A stretch of 63,246 nt of DNA, counting the filler, from a bacterium (GTDB lineage Bacteria > JAJRZV01), in NCBI GenBank assembly GCA_024275095.1. It is 5 parts of 5 records of this genome, joined end to end, with 100 filler letters (N's around TTAATTAATTAA, not from the genome) between each part and the next. Parts side by side here need not be neighbours in the genome. Positions count along the whole stretch, not along the records: positions 33,095 to 51,684 come from JAJRZV010000011.1; 4 more parts are not named here. One strand, 5' to 3'. Position 1 is the first letter of the stretch; each line of letters begins with the position of its first letter. The translations under genes were made by a program, and so were the position numbers. Below, piece by piece: positions 38,756 to 48,959 of the stretch. The notes beneath the pieces are model-generated. The model saw nothing but the letters and a program-made list of their open reading frames with translations. It was not told where the DNA came from and did not search any database.

Positions 38756-40456
38756 ATGAAAAAGCATCAGGTTATTGTAATAGGGGCAGGCCTGGCCGGG
38801 ATGAGAGCGGCTGTTCAAACAGCCGATAAATTTGACACAGCCATTATAAGTCTTGTTTATCCCGTGCGCTCTCACTCGGGTGCAGCTCAGGGAGGAATTA
38901 ATGCGGCACTGGCGAATACGGAGGCCGGTAAAGATGACAGCCCTGAGCGTCACGCCTTTGACACTATGAAGGGCAGTGATTATCTCGCCGACCAGGATGC
39001 TGTACTCCGCATGACCACAGAAGCCATAGAATGCATATACGAACTGGAGCACTGGGGCTGTCCTTTCTCAAGGACCGAGGATGGGCGCATTAACCAGAGA
39101 CCTTTTGGAGGAGCAGGATTCCCGAGGACATGCTTTGCGGCTGACCTTACGGGTCACACGATCCTTCATACGCTGTATGAGAAGATCCTGGAAAAAGGTG
39201 TTACCCAGTACAACGAGTATTTTGTGCTTTCCCTGGTAAAAGATGGCGAAAGGCTCCGGGGCCTTGTCGCTTTAAATTTGAAAACGGGAGAAATTGAGGC
39301 CTTTGCTGCTGATGCCGTGATTATGGCCACTGGTGGTTACGGCAGGATATTCGAACGTTCCACCAATGCCATCATCAACACCGGTTATGGTATGGCTGTT
39401 TCTTACTGGGCGGGGGTACCCCTCAAGGATATGGAATTTGTCCAGTTTCATCCTACCAGCCTGTACGGCAAGTGGATTCTCATCACAGAAGGAGCCAGAG
39501 GTGAAGGTGGGTACCTGATAAACAACAAAGGTGAACGATTTATGGAAAAATACGCTCCCAAAGCCATGGAGCTGGCTCCCCGGGATATTGTTGCACGGTC
39601 CATTGAAACAGAAATTATGGAAGGGCGTGGTTTTGACCCTGGTTATGTACATCTTGACCTCAGACATCTGGGACGGGAGAAAATTCTCGAGAGACTTCCG
39701 GGGATCAGGGATATTGCAATGACATTTGCAGGTATTGACCCAATTGAGGAACCATTGCCCATAAAACCGGCTCAGCATTATTCAATGGGCGGTATTGATA
39801 CAAACAAGGAATGTGAAACAGAGCTTAAAGGCTTCTTCGCGGCAGGTGAGTGTGCATGTGTGAGTGTACACGGGGCCAATCGTCTTGGCGGTAATTCTCT
39901 TCTCGAGACCGTGGTGTTCGGTAAGATTGCGGGTAATGCAGTATTGAGGTATCTGGATGGACTGGAAAAGACGGGCGTGGTGGCTGAAGGAGAAATTGAA
40001 TCAGAGAAGAAGAGAATAGAGGAAAAGGTAAAGGCTCTTATGAGTCGTGATTCGGGCGTGGACCATATTCAGGTCAGGAACGAACTCAGGCAAGTAATGT
40101 CTGAAAAGGTGGGTATATTCAGGAACGGTACGGACCTGAAGGAGGCAGTTGGTGTGATTAATAACCTCAAGGATAAGGCACGTGACATTTACGTGAGAAA
40201 CAAGAGTTCACGGTTTAACCTTGACCTCATGAGAGCACTTGAGGTTCAGGGCATGGTCGAGGTGGCGGAGGTTATTGCGAAAGGTGCGTTGAGGCGTACA
40301 GAATCGCGTGGTTCTCACTACCGTACCGATTTTCCAAAACGCGATGATGAAAACTGGCTGCATCACACCATCGCCAGATATACCGAGGATGGTCCTGCTT
40401 TTGACAAAAAAGATGTGGTCATAACTCAATGGCAACCCCAGGAAAGGAGGTACTGA
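38756..40456 (+). CDS. sdhA: Succinate dehydrogenase/fumarate reductase flavoprotein
   Basis: RSHSGAAQGG, QFHPT, HYSMGG, HGANRLGGNSL. Confidence 0.96.
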   Translation: MKKHQVIVIGAGLAGMRAAVQTADKFDTAIISLVYPVRSHSGAAQGGINAALANTEAGKDDSPERHAFDTMKGSDYLADQDAVLRMTTEAIECIYELEHWGCPFSRTEDGRINQRPFGGAGFPRTCFAADLTGHTILHTLYEKILEKGVTQYNEYFVLSLVKDGERLRGLVALNLKTGEIEAFAADAVIMATGGYGRIFERSTNAIINTGYGMAVSYWAGVPLKDMEFVQFHPTSLYGKWILITEGARGEGGYLINNKGERFMEKYAPKAMELAPRDIVARSIETEIMEGRGFDPGYVHLDLRHLGREKILERLPGIRDIAMTFAGIDPIEEPLPIKPAQHYSMGGIDTNKECETELKGFFAAGECACVSVHGANRLGGNSLLETVVFGKIAGNAVLRYLDGLEKTGVVAEGEIESEKKRIEEKVKALMSRDSGVDHIQVRNELRQVMSEKVGIFRNGTDLKEAVGVINNLKDKARDIYVRNKSSRFNLDLMRALEVQGMVEVAEVIAKGALRRTESRGSHYRTDFPKRDDENWLHHTIARYTEDGPAFDKKDVVITQWQPQERRY

Positions 40457-40459
40457 GCC

Positions 40460-41158
40460 ATGGAAAGGGTGTTCAGAATTCGACGGTTTGATCCTGATAA
40501 GGATTCAAAACCTTACTACAGCGAGTATCGCTTTGATGCTCCACGTGGTATGACTGTACTGGAAGCACTATTCTACATTATCGAAAATGTCGATCCCTCT
40601 CTGAGTTTCCGATACAACTGCCGTGCCGCGGTGTGCGGTTCATGCGGAATGGAGATTAACGGGAAGCATAGACTCGCCTGTGCGACCCAGGTGAGCGAAC
40701 TCAAAGGGGACGTTGTCATAGAACCGCTACCAGGGCTTCGTGTTGTTAAAGACCTTGTGGTGGATATGGACGACTTTTTCAACAAGTTCCTGGTGGTAAA
40801 ACCTTATCTCATTCGCAAGACTCCTCCACCCCAGAAAGAAATTTTGCAGTCTCCCGAAGAAAGGAAAGAGCTTGACCCCTACATCTACTGCATTATGTGT
40901 GCGTGCTGTTCATCTTCCTGCCCTGTGACGTGGTCACGTTCCACATACCTCACCCCTTCTGTGTTCGTGAAGGCCTGGAGGTTTGTGGCGGATTCCCGTG
41001 ACGAGGCCAAGGAAGAACATCTGGCAGGTGTTAACAGCGAGGATGGTGTGTGGCGGTGTCATACAGCTTTCAGGTGTGTGGAGGCGTGCCCGAAGGACAT
41101 TAATCCCACCTCTGCCATTGTGAACCTGAGACGGAAACTCGCTTTCTCACGCGGCTGA
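40460..41158 (+). CDS. sdhB: Succinate dehydrogenase Fe-S subunit
   Basis: CRAAVCGSC, CIMCACCSSSCP, CHTAFRCVEACP. Confidence 0.96.
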   Translation: MERVFRIRRFDPDKDSKPYYSEYRFDAPRGMTVLEALFYIIENVDPSLSFRYNCRAAVCGSCGMEINGKHRLACATQVSELKGDVVIEPLPGLRVVKDLVVDMDDFFNKFLVVKPYLIRKTPPPQKEILQSPEERKELDPYIYCIMCACCSSSCPVTWSRSTYLTPSVFVKAWRFVADSRDEAKEEHLAGVNSEDGVWRCHTAFRCVEACPKDINPTSAIVNLRRKLAFSRG

Positions 41159-41214
41159 CAATTATACCAATAGGCCACCATTCTCATTCTGCGTTTTTCG
41201 TAATTTTAATTGGG

Positions 41215-42408
41215 ATGGGGATAGTTTGTGGTTTTGCCGGAGAAGGAAAGGGCGCTACTCCTTTCTCGTGGACGGGTCATGGAGCCTATTCTTCGGAAAT
41301 TAACGTTCTTGATAAAGGAGTAGTTGTCCCCTGGGACACGAACCCGGCATTTTCATCGGAGCACGTTCAGATAGGTTTGATTGTTTCCGGAATATATGAC
41401 CATTTAAACATAAAGAACTCGTTTCCGGGGATTAACGAGAGCTATTCAAACGCGGGTTTGAGGATCAATTCTCTGTGGTTTCAGATACCCTTCCAGGGAA
41501 AATTTTCTGCAGGGTTTGGTGTGTCACGTTTTCCCATAACGCAAATTGAGGGAATAAATGAACATCCAGTGCCTGAAAATCTTCTGCCGGATGCTTATCC
41601 TCTTGTTGCATACCGGCTCTGGAAAGATAACTATTATTGCGCTTCAAGCGGAGTGTCCTTTCAATTGAGTGCGCATACATGGTTAGGAGTATCTACCGGT
41701 GTTTGTCAGCGTACTTACCAGGAAAACAGAAGTTTTCTTTACATTTCCGGAGGAGTAACAGAGAGCCTGGAGTCTACCGTGTTTCGTAAGGCCGAATGGT
41801 TACTGCCTGTTCGTGCAGGCTGGTATTTTCAAAATTCTTTTTTGAAGGCAGGTGCTGTATTTCACATGTATGCGCCACTGAAGTCCAGTTCAGATTATCT
41901 GTATTCAACGTCGCGAAAAAATTATCTGCTGAATACTGATTACTACACCCGGGATATGTCATCGAACACATCAAAATCGTCCATCAGTGTCGGTGTCACC
42001 GGAGGGTGTGCTTTCTCGATAAAGGCGCTGGAGGTCGGGTTTCAGGGGGGGGTTGCACTGCAGAAAAAGGAGGTTCTGTTGTATCCACAAAATCTACAGG
42101 TTTCGTTTGCGGGCCAGATAGATGGATGGTTCAAATTCTCTTCTCAATGGAAAGGCTGGTTGAGAATTTTCTATTCTCAATCACCGTTCTCCAATCCGGT
42201 GGACCGAGGTGTATATTCATTGGTTACGGATTACCGGGGTGGTGCGATAATTATGATATTTCAGCCTTCAGCAAGTCCTTTTTCGCAGGTTATCACCTTC
42301 TCTGTGCTTTTTCATGATGGTATTGCGTCTTCCCCCACAGGTACAGGATTTGATGTTGATGCCTATAGCATCAGGTTGTGGTTTCATTCAGTATTTTCTT
42401 TACTTTGA
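41215..42408 (+). CDS. Hypothetical protein, possible FadL-like outer-membrane barrel
   Basis: NPA motif near the N-terminus, beta-rich composition; start uncertain. Confidence 0.45.
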   Translation: MGIVCGFAGEGKGATPFSWTGHGAYSSEINVLDKGVVVPWDTNPAFSSEHVQIGLIVSGIYDHLNIKNSFPGINESYSNAGLRINSLWFQIPFQGKFSAGFGVSRFPITQIEGINEHPVPENLLPDAYPLVAYRLWKDNYYCASSGVSFQLSAHTWLGVSTGVCQRTYQENRSFLYISGGVTESLESTVFRKAEWLLPVRAGWYFQNSFLKAGAVFHMYAPLKSSSDYLYSTSRKNYLLNTDYYTRDMSSNTSKSSISVGVTGGCAFSIKALEVGFQGGVALQKKEVLLYPQNLQVSFAGQIDGWFKFSSQWKGWLRIFYSQSPFSNPVDRGVYSLVTDYRGGAIIMIFQPSASPFSQVITFSVLFHDGIASSPTGTGFDVDAYSIRLWFHSVFSLL

Positions 42409-43369
42409 GTTCCTTTTTTACATCAGCTAATGAGACAGCAGAAGGACCGTATCGCTCTACCACTATACCCGCTGCAAGGTTGGCAAAGAGAGCAGCATCT
42501 TCAGGATTGAGCCCGGCTGTTTCCGCGGCAGCAAAAGCTGCTGTAAATGTGTCACCTGCACCGGTAACGTCAAACACGCGTCTTGTGCGTGCAGGGACCC
42601 TGATGCCCCGGTTTTTACAGAATACGAATGCTCCATGCTCTCCCAGTGTGATAACCACTTCGTTACATCCCAGTTTTCGGACTATTTGTTTGGCCACCTG
42701 TTGAGCATTGGTTGGAGTTACAGTGGTGGTGTTTGTTCGCACCAGTTGAGCGGCCTCTGACGCATTTGGCAATAGACAATGAAAATTTTTGTAATGTCGG
42801 AAATTTCTGGGTTTGGGGTCCACGTACACGGGTGGATTACCGTTCGCTTGTAATGCCTGAAAGAGGGAAGGGGTTAGAGTGCCTTTGGCATAGTCGGAAA
42901 GAATGATCGCTTTGCATCGTGAAATACTATCGTGGATGATAGAAAGCATTTTGCGGAGTCCAGCAGGAGATGGAAGCGAAGTGATTTCCCTGTCAATGCG
43001 AATGAGCTGTTGATTGCGCGCAGAGACCCGTGTTTTTACAGTAGTGGGTCTTTGTTTTTCAACTACGGGGAAGAAATAAATGTCAGCCTTTTCCAGCATT
43101 TTTTGCAAACAGTTCCCATCTTCATCATTTCCCAGCAGTCCTGTAAGAGTTACCTGAGCACCCAGGCTTTTGAGGTTTAAAGCTACATTTGCAGCTCCAC
43201 CAGGTGCCGCCCATGTACGTTTTTCCAGCACCACAGGAACAGGTGCTTCGGGAGAAATTCTTTCTACTGTACCTTCTATATATCTATCGAGTATAAGATC
43301 ACCGATCACCAGAAACGTGGCACTTTTAATTCTTTTGCTGATTACAGAGATTGTTTTCTCGTTAAGCAT
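42371..43369 (-). CDS. rfaE1: D-glycero-D-manno-heptose-7-phosphate kinase (HldE kinase domain, RfaE1)
   Basis: GDLILDRY, RISPEAPVPV, GGAANVA, SDYAKG, DVTGAGDT. Confidence 0.92.
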   Translation of the reverse strand: MLNEKTISVISKRIKSATFLVIGDLILDRYIEGTVERISPEAPVPVVLEKRTWAAPGGAANVALNLKSLGAQVTLTGLLGNDEDGNCLQKMLEKADIYFFPVVEKQRPTTVKTRVSARNQQLIRIDREITSLPSPAGLRKMLSIIHDSISRCKAIILSDYAKGTLTPSLFQALQANGNPPVYVDPKPRNFRHYKNFHCLLPNASEAAQLVRTNTTTVTPTNAQQVAKQIVRKLGCNEVVITLGEHGAFVFCKNRGIRVPARTRRVFDVTGAGDTFTAAFAAAETAGLNPEDAALFANLAAGIVVERYGPSAVSLADVKKELKVKKILNETTT

Positions 43370-43946
43370 TGACTTTCAGGCTCCTTTCAATAAGCTGGAT
43401 CAGTTCTTTTTTCCCATCGCCTGTGCGTGCTGAAAATGCAAGTACCGGTATGTCAGCAGCCTTTGAAGTAATGATTGTACGCAATTGGTTTAACTCATTG
43501 CGGTTGAGCTTGTCAATTTTGGTGAGTACCAGGGCATACGGAATTTTCATTTTTTTCAACGTGTGTACAAGCATTTCTTCTTCCTGTTCAATTCCTCTGC
43601 GGATGTCGACAAGAAGCAAAAATAAAACTATTACCCGCCTGTGCGAAAGGTAGTATTCCACAAGTCTTTTCCACCGTTCCATATCAGTGCGGGGTCCCCG
43701 AGCATATCCATATCCTGGAAGGTCTACAATGATGAACTGCTCCCTTGTGAGATAGAAATTTATGCTCCTTGTTTTCCCGGGATGCTTTCCTACACGTGCT
43801 GGCTTGGCACCCTTGAAAAGTGCATTGATAAGGGATGACTTTCCCACGTTGCTTCTTCCGGCCACCACAATTTCAGGAACGTCCTCTAAGGGTATTTGTT
43901 TGATTTCGTATGCGGTGGCAAGAACTCTCTGGAGGTGAAATGACAT
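43362..43946 (-). CDS. engB: Ribosome biogenesis GTPase YsxC/EngB
   Basis: GRSNVGKSS, PGKT, DLPGYG, TKID. Confidence 0.95.
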   Translation of the reverse strand: MSFHLQRVLATAYEIKQIPLEDVPEIVVAGRSNVGKSSLINALFKGAKPARVGKHPGKTRSINFYLTREQFIIVDLPGYGYARGPRTDMERWKRLVEYYLSHRRVIVLFLLLVDIRRGIEQEEEMLVHTLKKMKIPYALVLTKIDKLNRNELNQLRTIITSKAADIPVLAFSARTGDGKKELIQLIERSLKVNA

Positions 43947-44099
43947 GACCTCTTCTCCCGCGAGATTGAAGTGTCGGACAATAGGATATAACAAGAAAAT
44001 TAAAACATGGAAGGAGGCGTGTCGACACATTTTGTTTTCAAAAGGCGTTAAAATATCGCAAAATAAAACAGGTTAAAGTGTTAGCAAGAGGAGGCACCT

Positions 44100-44657
44100 G
44101 TGCCCAAACGAGCATATTGTCCAAGTTGTGCAGAAGAGGTTGAGGTTTTTGTTACCATTGCTGAAGGGAATGAAACGCCCCATTGCAGTCAATGTGGACT
44201 GTTGCTGGATCCCTCCAAGAGCCGGGTTCAACCAAAGCTTCAAACCGTTGTGCTTGCAGATGACTCTTCATCGCTGAGAACTGTTGTCTCAGAATTTCTC
44301 AAATCCAGAGGTATCGCTCAGGAAGTGATTACCACGGAAGATGGAAAGCAGTTTCTGGCTGTTATTACCCAGATGCTCAGGCAGAAAAAACCCGTGAGCC
44401 TTGCCATCCTGGATGTGAACATGCCTGTACTCGATGGTATCAACGCAGCCAAGACTCTTCGGGCCGTAGAGGAAGGGATGAGAGTGGCCAAGAAGATTCC
44501 CATACTCTTTTTCTCTGTGGTTAGGGCAGATGAGCACATGAAGAAATTGCTGGATTTTGTCAAACCTGCTGCCTATCTGAATAAGGGTAAAAATGCATCT
44601 CCATCAGAGCTTGCAGAGCGTCTGAGCCAGATCCTGGCACAGCTTATCAAGAAATAA
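44100..44657 (+). CDS. Response regulator with N-terminal zinc ribbon
   Basis: CPSC...CSQC, then LADDS, ILDVNMPVLDG, LNKG. Confidence 0.85.
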   Translation: MPKRAYCPSCAEEVEVFVTIAEGNETPHCSQCGLLLDPSKSRVQPKLQTVVLADDSSSLRTVVSEFLKSRGIAQEVITTEDGKQFLAVITQMLRQKKPVSLAILDVNMPVLDGINAAKTLRAVEEGMRVAKKIPILFFSVVRADEHMKKLLDFVKPAAYLNKGKNASPSELAERLSQILAQLIKK

Positions 44658-44852
44658 AAAAGCTCGATATTTCTTTACTGCGAAATTACTGTACAACTGA
44701 AATTTTCTGTATATAAAATTTTACATTTCTCATTGAGTGTTGAAATGTGCGTGGCTGTACGAAAAAAATTTTGTTAAAATTAAAATTGACTTGAGGGGGT
44801 TGTACGTGTAAGATTGCCATATATGGTAAAATACATTATTCAGGAGGGGGCG

Positions 44853-45596
44853 GTGGGATTATTTGACTACCTGGAAAATGAGTATCTTGCTGTAATGGAG
44901 AATGTGCTCAATCACATTACGTACGTGTTCGAAGGCAAGGACCGCAAGCCCTGGCGTTTTGAAAACAAGCACATTGTATTTTTATTGCACGGGTATTTAC
45001 AGGGCGATGCCGCTTTTCGTAATCTTGAAAGGCACCTCTACGAGCGTGGGATGAACGTCGAGTCAGAAAGTTACCCCTTCTGGAGAGACCTTCGCATTGT
45101 TGAAAAACAGCTTCTGGAAAAAGTCAAGGGAATTTACGAGAAGAGCGGTCGCAGGGTGGATCTGGTAGGTCATAGCCTTGGAGGCCTTGTATCCCGAAGC
45201 CTTGCACAGAAACATCCTGAGTATGTAAGAAAAGTGATTACCTTGGGGAGCCCTCACAAGGGCACTTACGTGGCTTACCTGGGACTTTTTACAAAAAGTG
45301 GCAGGCAGATGATTCCTGGGTCCAGCTATCTCAGAGAAATAAACTCCATGCCCCTTCCTGAAACCGTTCAGTTTTACTCGATTTACAGCCTTCGGGATAT
45401 GGCGATTATTCCCCATGATTCTGCACGGCTTGAGGGAGCAATAAATATTCCCATTGAAAATTTAGGGCACATAGGGTTGATCGGCTTTCATACATATAAT
45501 CTCATAGCAGATATTTTAGAAGGTAAATTTGATATGGTTCACAAGGAACGCAAGGTGGTCAGGCTTGATGAGGTGAGCAAAGCCAAAAGGCGCTGA
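44853..45596 (+). CDS. Alpha/beta hydrolase (lipase/esterase)
   Basis: LLHGY, VGHSLGG, TLGSPHKG, D, GH. Confidence 0.88.
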   Translation: MGLFDYLENEYLAVMENVLNHITYVFEGKDRKPWRFENKHIVFLLHGYLQGDAAFRNLERHLYERGMNVESESYPFWRDLRIVEKQLLEKVKGIYEKSGRRVDLVGHSLGGLVSRSLAQKHPEYVRKVITLGSPHKGTYVAYLGLFTKSGRQMIPGSSYLREINSMPLPETVQFYSIYSLRDMAIIPHDSARLEGAINIPIENLGHIGLIGFHTYNLIADILEGKFDMVHKERKVVRLDEVSKAKRR

Positions 45597-45714
45597 AGTA
45601 GAAAGCGATTCAAGTTTCCACTCTTTCTTAAAAAACCGATGAATGCTTGTGATTTTGTTATCCATCTCGGTAACATAAAGGAATATTTTAAATTTCAGAA
45701 TCAGGAGGTGAGGC

Positions 45715-46263
45715 ATGCCGGATATTGAAAAAGCTGTATACATTCACGATGCAGCACATATCATGGGCAATGTCACTATTGGGGAAAACTCCAGCGTGTT
45801 CGCCTGTGCGGTACTTCGGGCGGATGTAAATCCTATTACGGTAGGAAAATTTACAAATATTCAGGAGTCGGTTACCGTTCACGTGGCTACTTCCCCGGTG
45901 AAAATCGGAGATTATGTCACTGTGGCACACAATGCGGTGGTTCATGCATGCACGATAGAGGACAGAGTGATGATCGGGATTGGTGCGGTTATTCTTGATG
46001 GTGCTGTAATTGGGGCTGGCTCGATTGTGGGGGCCGGGGCGGTGGTGAAGGAAAATACTGTTGTCCCGCCGAACTCACTGGTTGTCGGTAGTCCCGCAGT
46101 CATTAAAGAGGGTAGGGGCAATCCGGTGATGGTGACATACAACGCGCTTTATTATTACGCACTGGCACGCCGTTTCAAACAGGGGAAAACCTCATTTTCC
46201 ATGGACGAAATTGTCCAGGAAGTTCAGGAACTCATGAAAGAGCATGCACCAGCATTTCAGTGA
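45715..46263 (+). CDS. Gamma carbonic anhydrase-like hexapeptide repeat protein
   Basis: VLRADVN, TNIQE, VTVH, HNAVVHAC. Confidence 0.9.
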   Translation: MPDIEKAVYIHDAAHIMGNVTIGENSSVFACAVLRADVNPITVGKFTNIQESVTVHVATSPVKIGDYVTVAHNAVVHACTIEDRVMIGIGAVILDGAVIGAGSIVGAGAVVKENTVVPPNSLVVGSPAVIKEGRGNPVMVTYNALYYYALARRFKQGKTSFSMDEIVQEVQELMKEHAPAFQ

Positions 46264-46272
46264 GGTGAAACC

Positions 46273-47721
46273 GTGAGTGCAAAGAAAACTCTGGAATACG
46301 GTGCATGGATTGATAACAGAAATATAAATGTCAGAGATTACGAGGAGAGCCGTTCGCCTTATTCCGGACAGCTGGTTGCACGTATCGGTATATCTACGGA
46401 AAGAGAAATGGAAAAAGCAATACAGTCTGCGGTTCGTGCTTTCCCTGTGCTGAAGGCCATGCCTTCTTATCAGCGCTATGAAATACTCATGAATGTAAGC
46501 AGGTTTATAAAAGAGAATGCAAAAGAATTAACCCGTCTGATAGCTCTGGATGCAGGAAAGCCCATTCAGTTCGCCGAGGGAGAGGTGGCTCGAGCTGCTA
46601 TTACCTTTGCACTTTCTGCAGAAGAGGTGCGGCGGGAGGTAGGCGCTGTGCTTCCCATTGATATTCAGCCCCGTGTCGAAGGGTATTCCTGTGTTTACAT
46701 CCGGGTGCCTCGAGGACCTGTAGGTGCCATAAGCCCGTTTAATTTTCCTCTCAACCTGGTAGCACACAAGTTAGGCCCGGCTTTTGCCGCAGGGTGTCCA
46801 GTGGTGCTTAAAGCGCCGCCTCAGTGTCCTGCTACACCCTTCGTGCTTGCAGAAATATTCAAAGAGGCAGGTGCTCCACCAGGAGCTTTTAATGTTTTGC
46901 ACTGCGAGCCTTCTGTAGCAGAAAAACTCGCTACAGGTGAAAGGTTAAAAGTGTTTTCCTTTACCGGAAGTTCAGCTGTCGGATGGATGTTGAAATCTAA
47001 AGCGAGGAAAAAGAAAGTGCTTCTGGAACTGGGAGGAAATGCAGCCGCTGTGGTCCACAAAGATGTGAAAGAATCTATTGATTGGATTGCTTCCCGCCTT
47101 GCTTTTGGTTCCTTTGCCTATGCAGGACAGGTGTGCATTTCTGTCCAGAGAATTTATGTACAGAAAGACATTTTTAAAATGTTTGAGAAAACATTTGTTG
47201 AAAAGGTCAAGGCTCTTCCTTATGGCAATCCATTGCGTAGAGAAACTGTTGTGGGACCACTTATTGATGCCGTCGCAGCCGACCGTGTGGAAGAGTGGGT
47301 AAACGAAGCATTGAGTAACGGTGCGAAAGCGGTTATTAAGGGGACTCGCGAAGGGAATGTTGTGAGTCCCTGGGTGTTGAAGGATGTGGACCCCGGTATG
47401 AAAATTTCATGTGAAGAGGTTTTTGGACCGGTTGCAGTACTTTACTCATATGATGAGTTTGAAGAAGCGATAGATGAAGTGAACAATTCTGTCTACGGAC
47501 TTCAGGCAGGAATTTTCACCAGAGACGTCTTTCTTGTCAGATATGCCCTCGAGAATATAGAGGCGGGCGGGATTGTCGTGAATGATTTTCCTACTCTCCG
47601 CGTGGATAACTATCCTTATGGTGGAATGAAAGATTCAGGTTTTGGAAGAGAGGGTGTGCACTTTGCATACGAGGAAATGACTGAATTGAAGGCTTTTGTT
47701 TTTAACTGGAACATGAAGTAA
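46273..47721 (+). CDS. Aldehyde dehydrogenase
   Basis: PFNFPLNL, FTGS, LELGGNA, GQVCISVQR, EEVFGPV. Confidence 0.95.
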   Translation: MSAKKTLEYGAWIDNRNINVRDYEESRSPYSGQLVARIGISTEREMEKAIQSAVRAFPVLKAMPSYQRYEILMNVSRFIKENAKELTRLIALDAGKPIQFAEGEVARAAITFALSAEEVRREVGAVLPIDIQPRVEGYSCVYIRVPRGPVGAISPFNFPLNLVAHKLGPAFAAGCPVVLKAPPQCPATPFVLAEIFKEAGAPPGAFNVLHCEPSVAEKLATGERLKVFSFTGSSAVGWMLKSKARKKKVLLELGGNAAAVVHKDVKESIDWIASRLAFGSFAYAGQVCISVQRIYVQKDIFKMFEKTFVEKVKALPYGNPLRRETVVGPLIDAVAADRVEEWVNEALSNGAKAVIKGTREGNVVSPWVLKDVDPGMKISCEEVFGPVAVLYSYDEFEEAIDEVNNSVYGLQAGIFTRDVFLVRYALENIEAGGIVVNDFPTLRVDNYPYGGMKDSGFGREGVHFAYEEMTELKAFVFNWNMK

Positions 47722-47859
47722 CGCTTTGCAGGTGCTTTAATTATACCCTCACGTAAAAAGTGGAGGGAAATCCCAAATTTCCCAGGATAGATATGTATCT
47801 TTTTAAAACCAATTTTTTTTGAATTGACATTCAGCATTTTCTCAAGTAATCACTAAAGC

Positions 47860-48959
47860 GTGGGATTTGGCTGGATAATTCTGGCAGCAGTAGTGGGGCT
47901 CCAGGCGCATGTAAACCTGGAAATGGATATTCACGCGTTGTACACCCTTTCAAGTGGAGAAATTATTGTTGGAGGTAAAGAGGGGCGCATTTGTTATTTG
48001 AAGAACATCCTTACCTCAAAAAATCCGGAAAAGAGGTGTGTTATCGCTGGAGATCAGCTTATTACTTCTCTGAGTTTTCACGACGCCAGGGGTGTGGCTG
48101 TAGGAGAGGGGGGTACGATTTTTGTTTCAAGTGATAAGGGATTTACATGGCATAACGTTCGGTCCCCTGTGTTTTATCACCTGCTGGACGTGGAGTTTGC
48201 AGATGAAAACAGAGTTTTCGCAGTGGGAGACTGGGGTACAATCATCGTTTCAGATGATGGTGGCCACACATGGAAGGACATGTCACTTGAGAAAGAGTAT
48301 TCTCAGGATATATGGACGCTTCCTGTGCTTTCGAGATTATTAATGGACCCGGATACAGGAAAAGTTTACCAGAAAGGAGAGGAACTCCCCCGGGACGTGC
48401 TTTCCCGGCTTACAAAAAAGGTGTGAAAATTTTTATCCGTAACGACGTGATTCTCAATGACGTGTATTTTCGCAGTCCTCAGATTGGATACGTAGCAGGT
48501 GAAAGGGGAAATATTTTTTACACCGATAATGGGGGCAAGAGTTTTATGCGAATAAATTTGCTCACGTTACCAGGAGATGAAAATGAATGGATGGACGAAA
48601 GTGAACTTCCGTCGTTGTTTTTTATTGTTGCTTCGGGAAACATTGCTTTTACGGGCGGAGGCAACGGCTACCTATTCAGGCTTAAACTCAATAAGAGTGG
48701 TAGACCCTTATCCTGGCAAAGAGTGAAATTCCCATGGGTTATGGAGGAAACCTTGTTTTCTGCAGATATGAAAGGTGACACTGTTTGCATTGCAGGTGCG
48801 TATGGCACCATGCTTTACTCATTCGACACAGGAGTGACGTTTCACCGTGTGGAAAGTGAGGAATTCGCTGTACGCTGGTTTCGCAGAGCAGCTGCACTGC
48901 GGGAAGGCATATGCCTGTTCGCCGGAGAAAAAGGAGCTGGAGTGATTGTAAGCGAATGA
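47860..48959 (+). CDS. YCF48/BNR-repeat beta-propeller protein, split by a -1 frameshift at about 48414-48420
   Basis: SSDKGFTW, SDDGGHTW in the first frame; TDNGGKSF, SFDTGVTF in the -1 frame. Confidence 0.8.
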
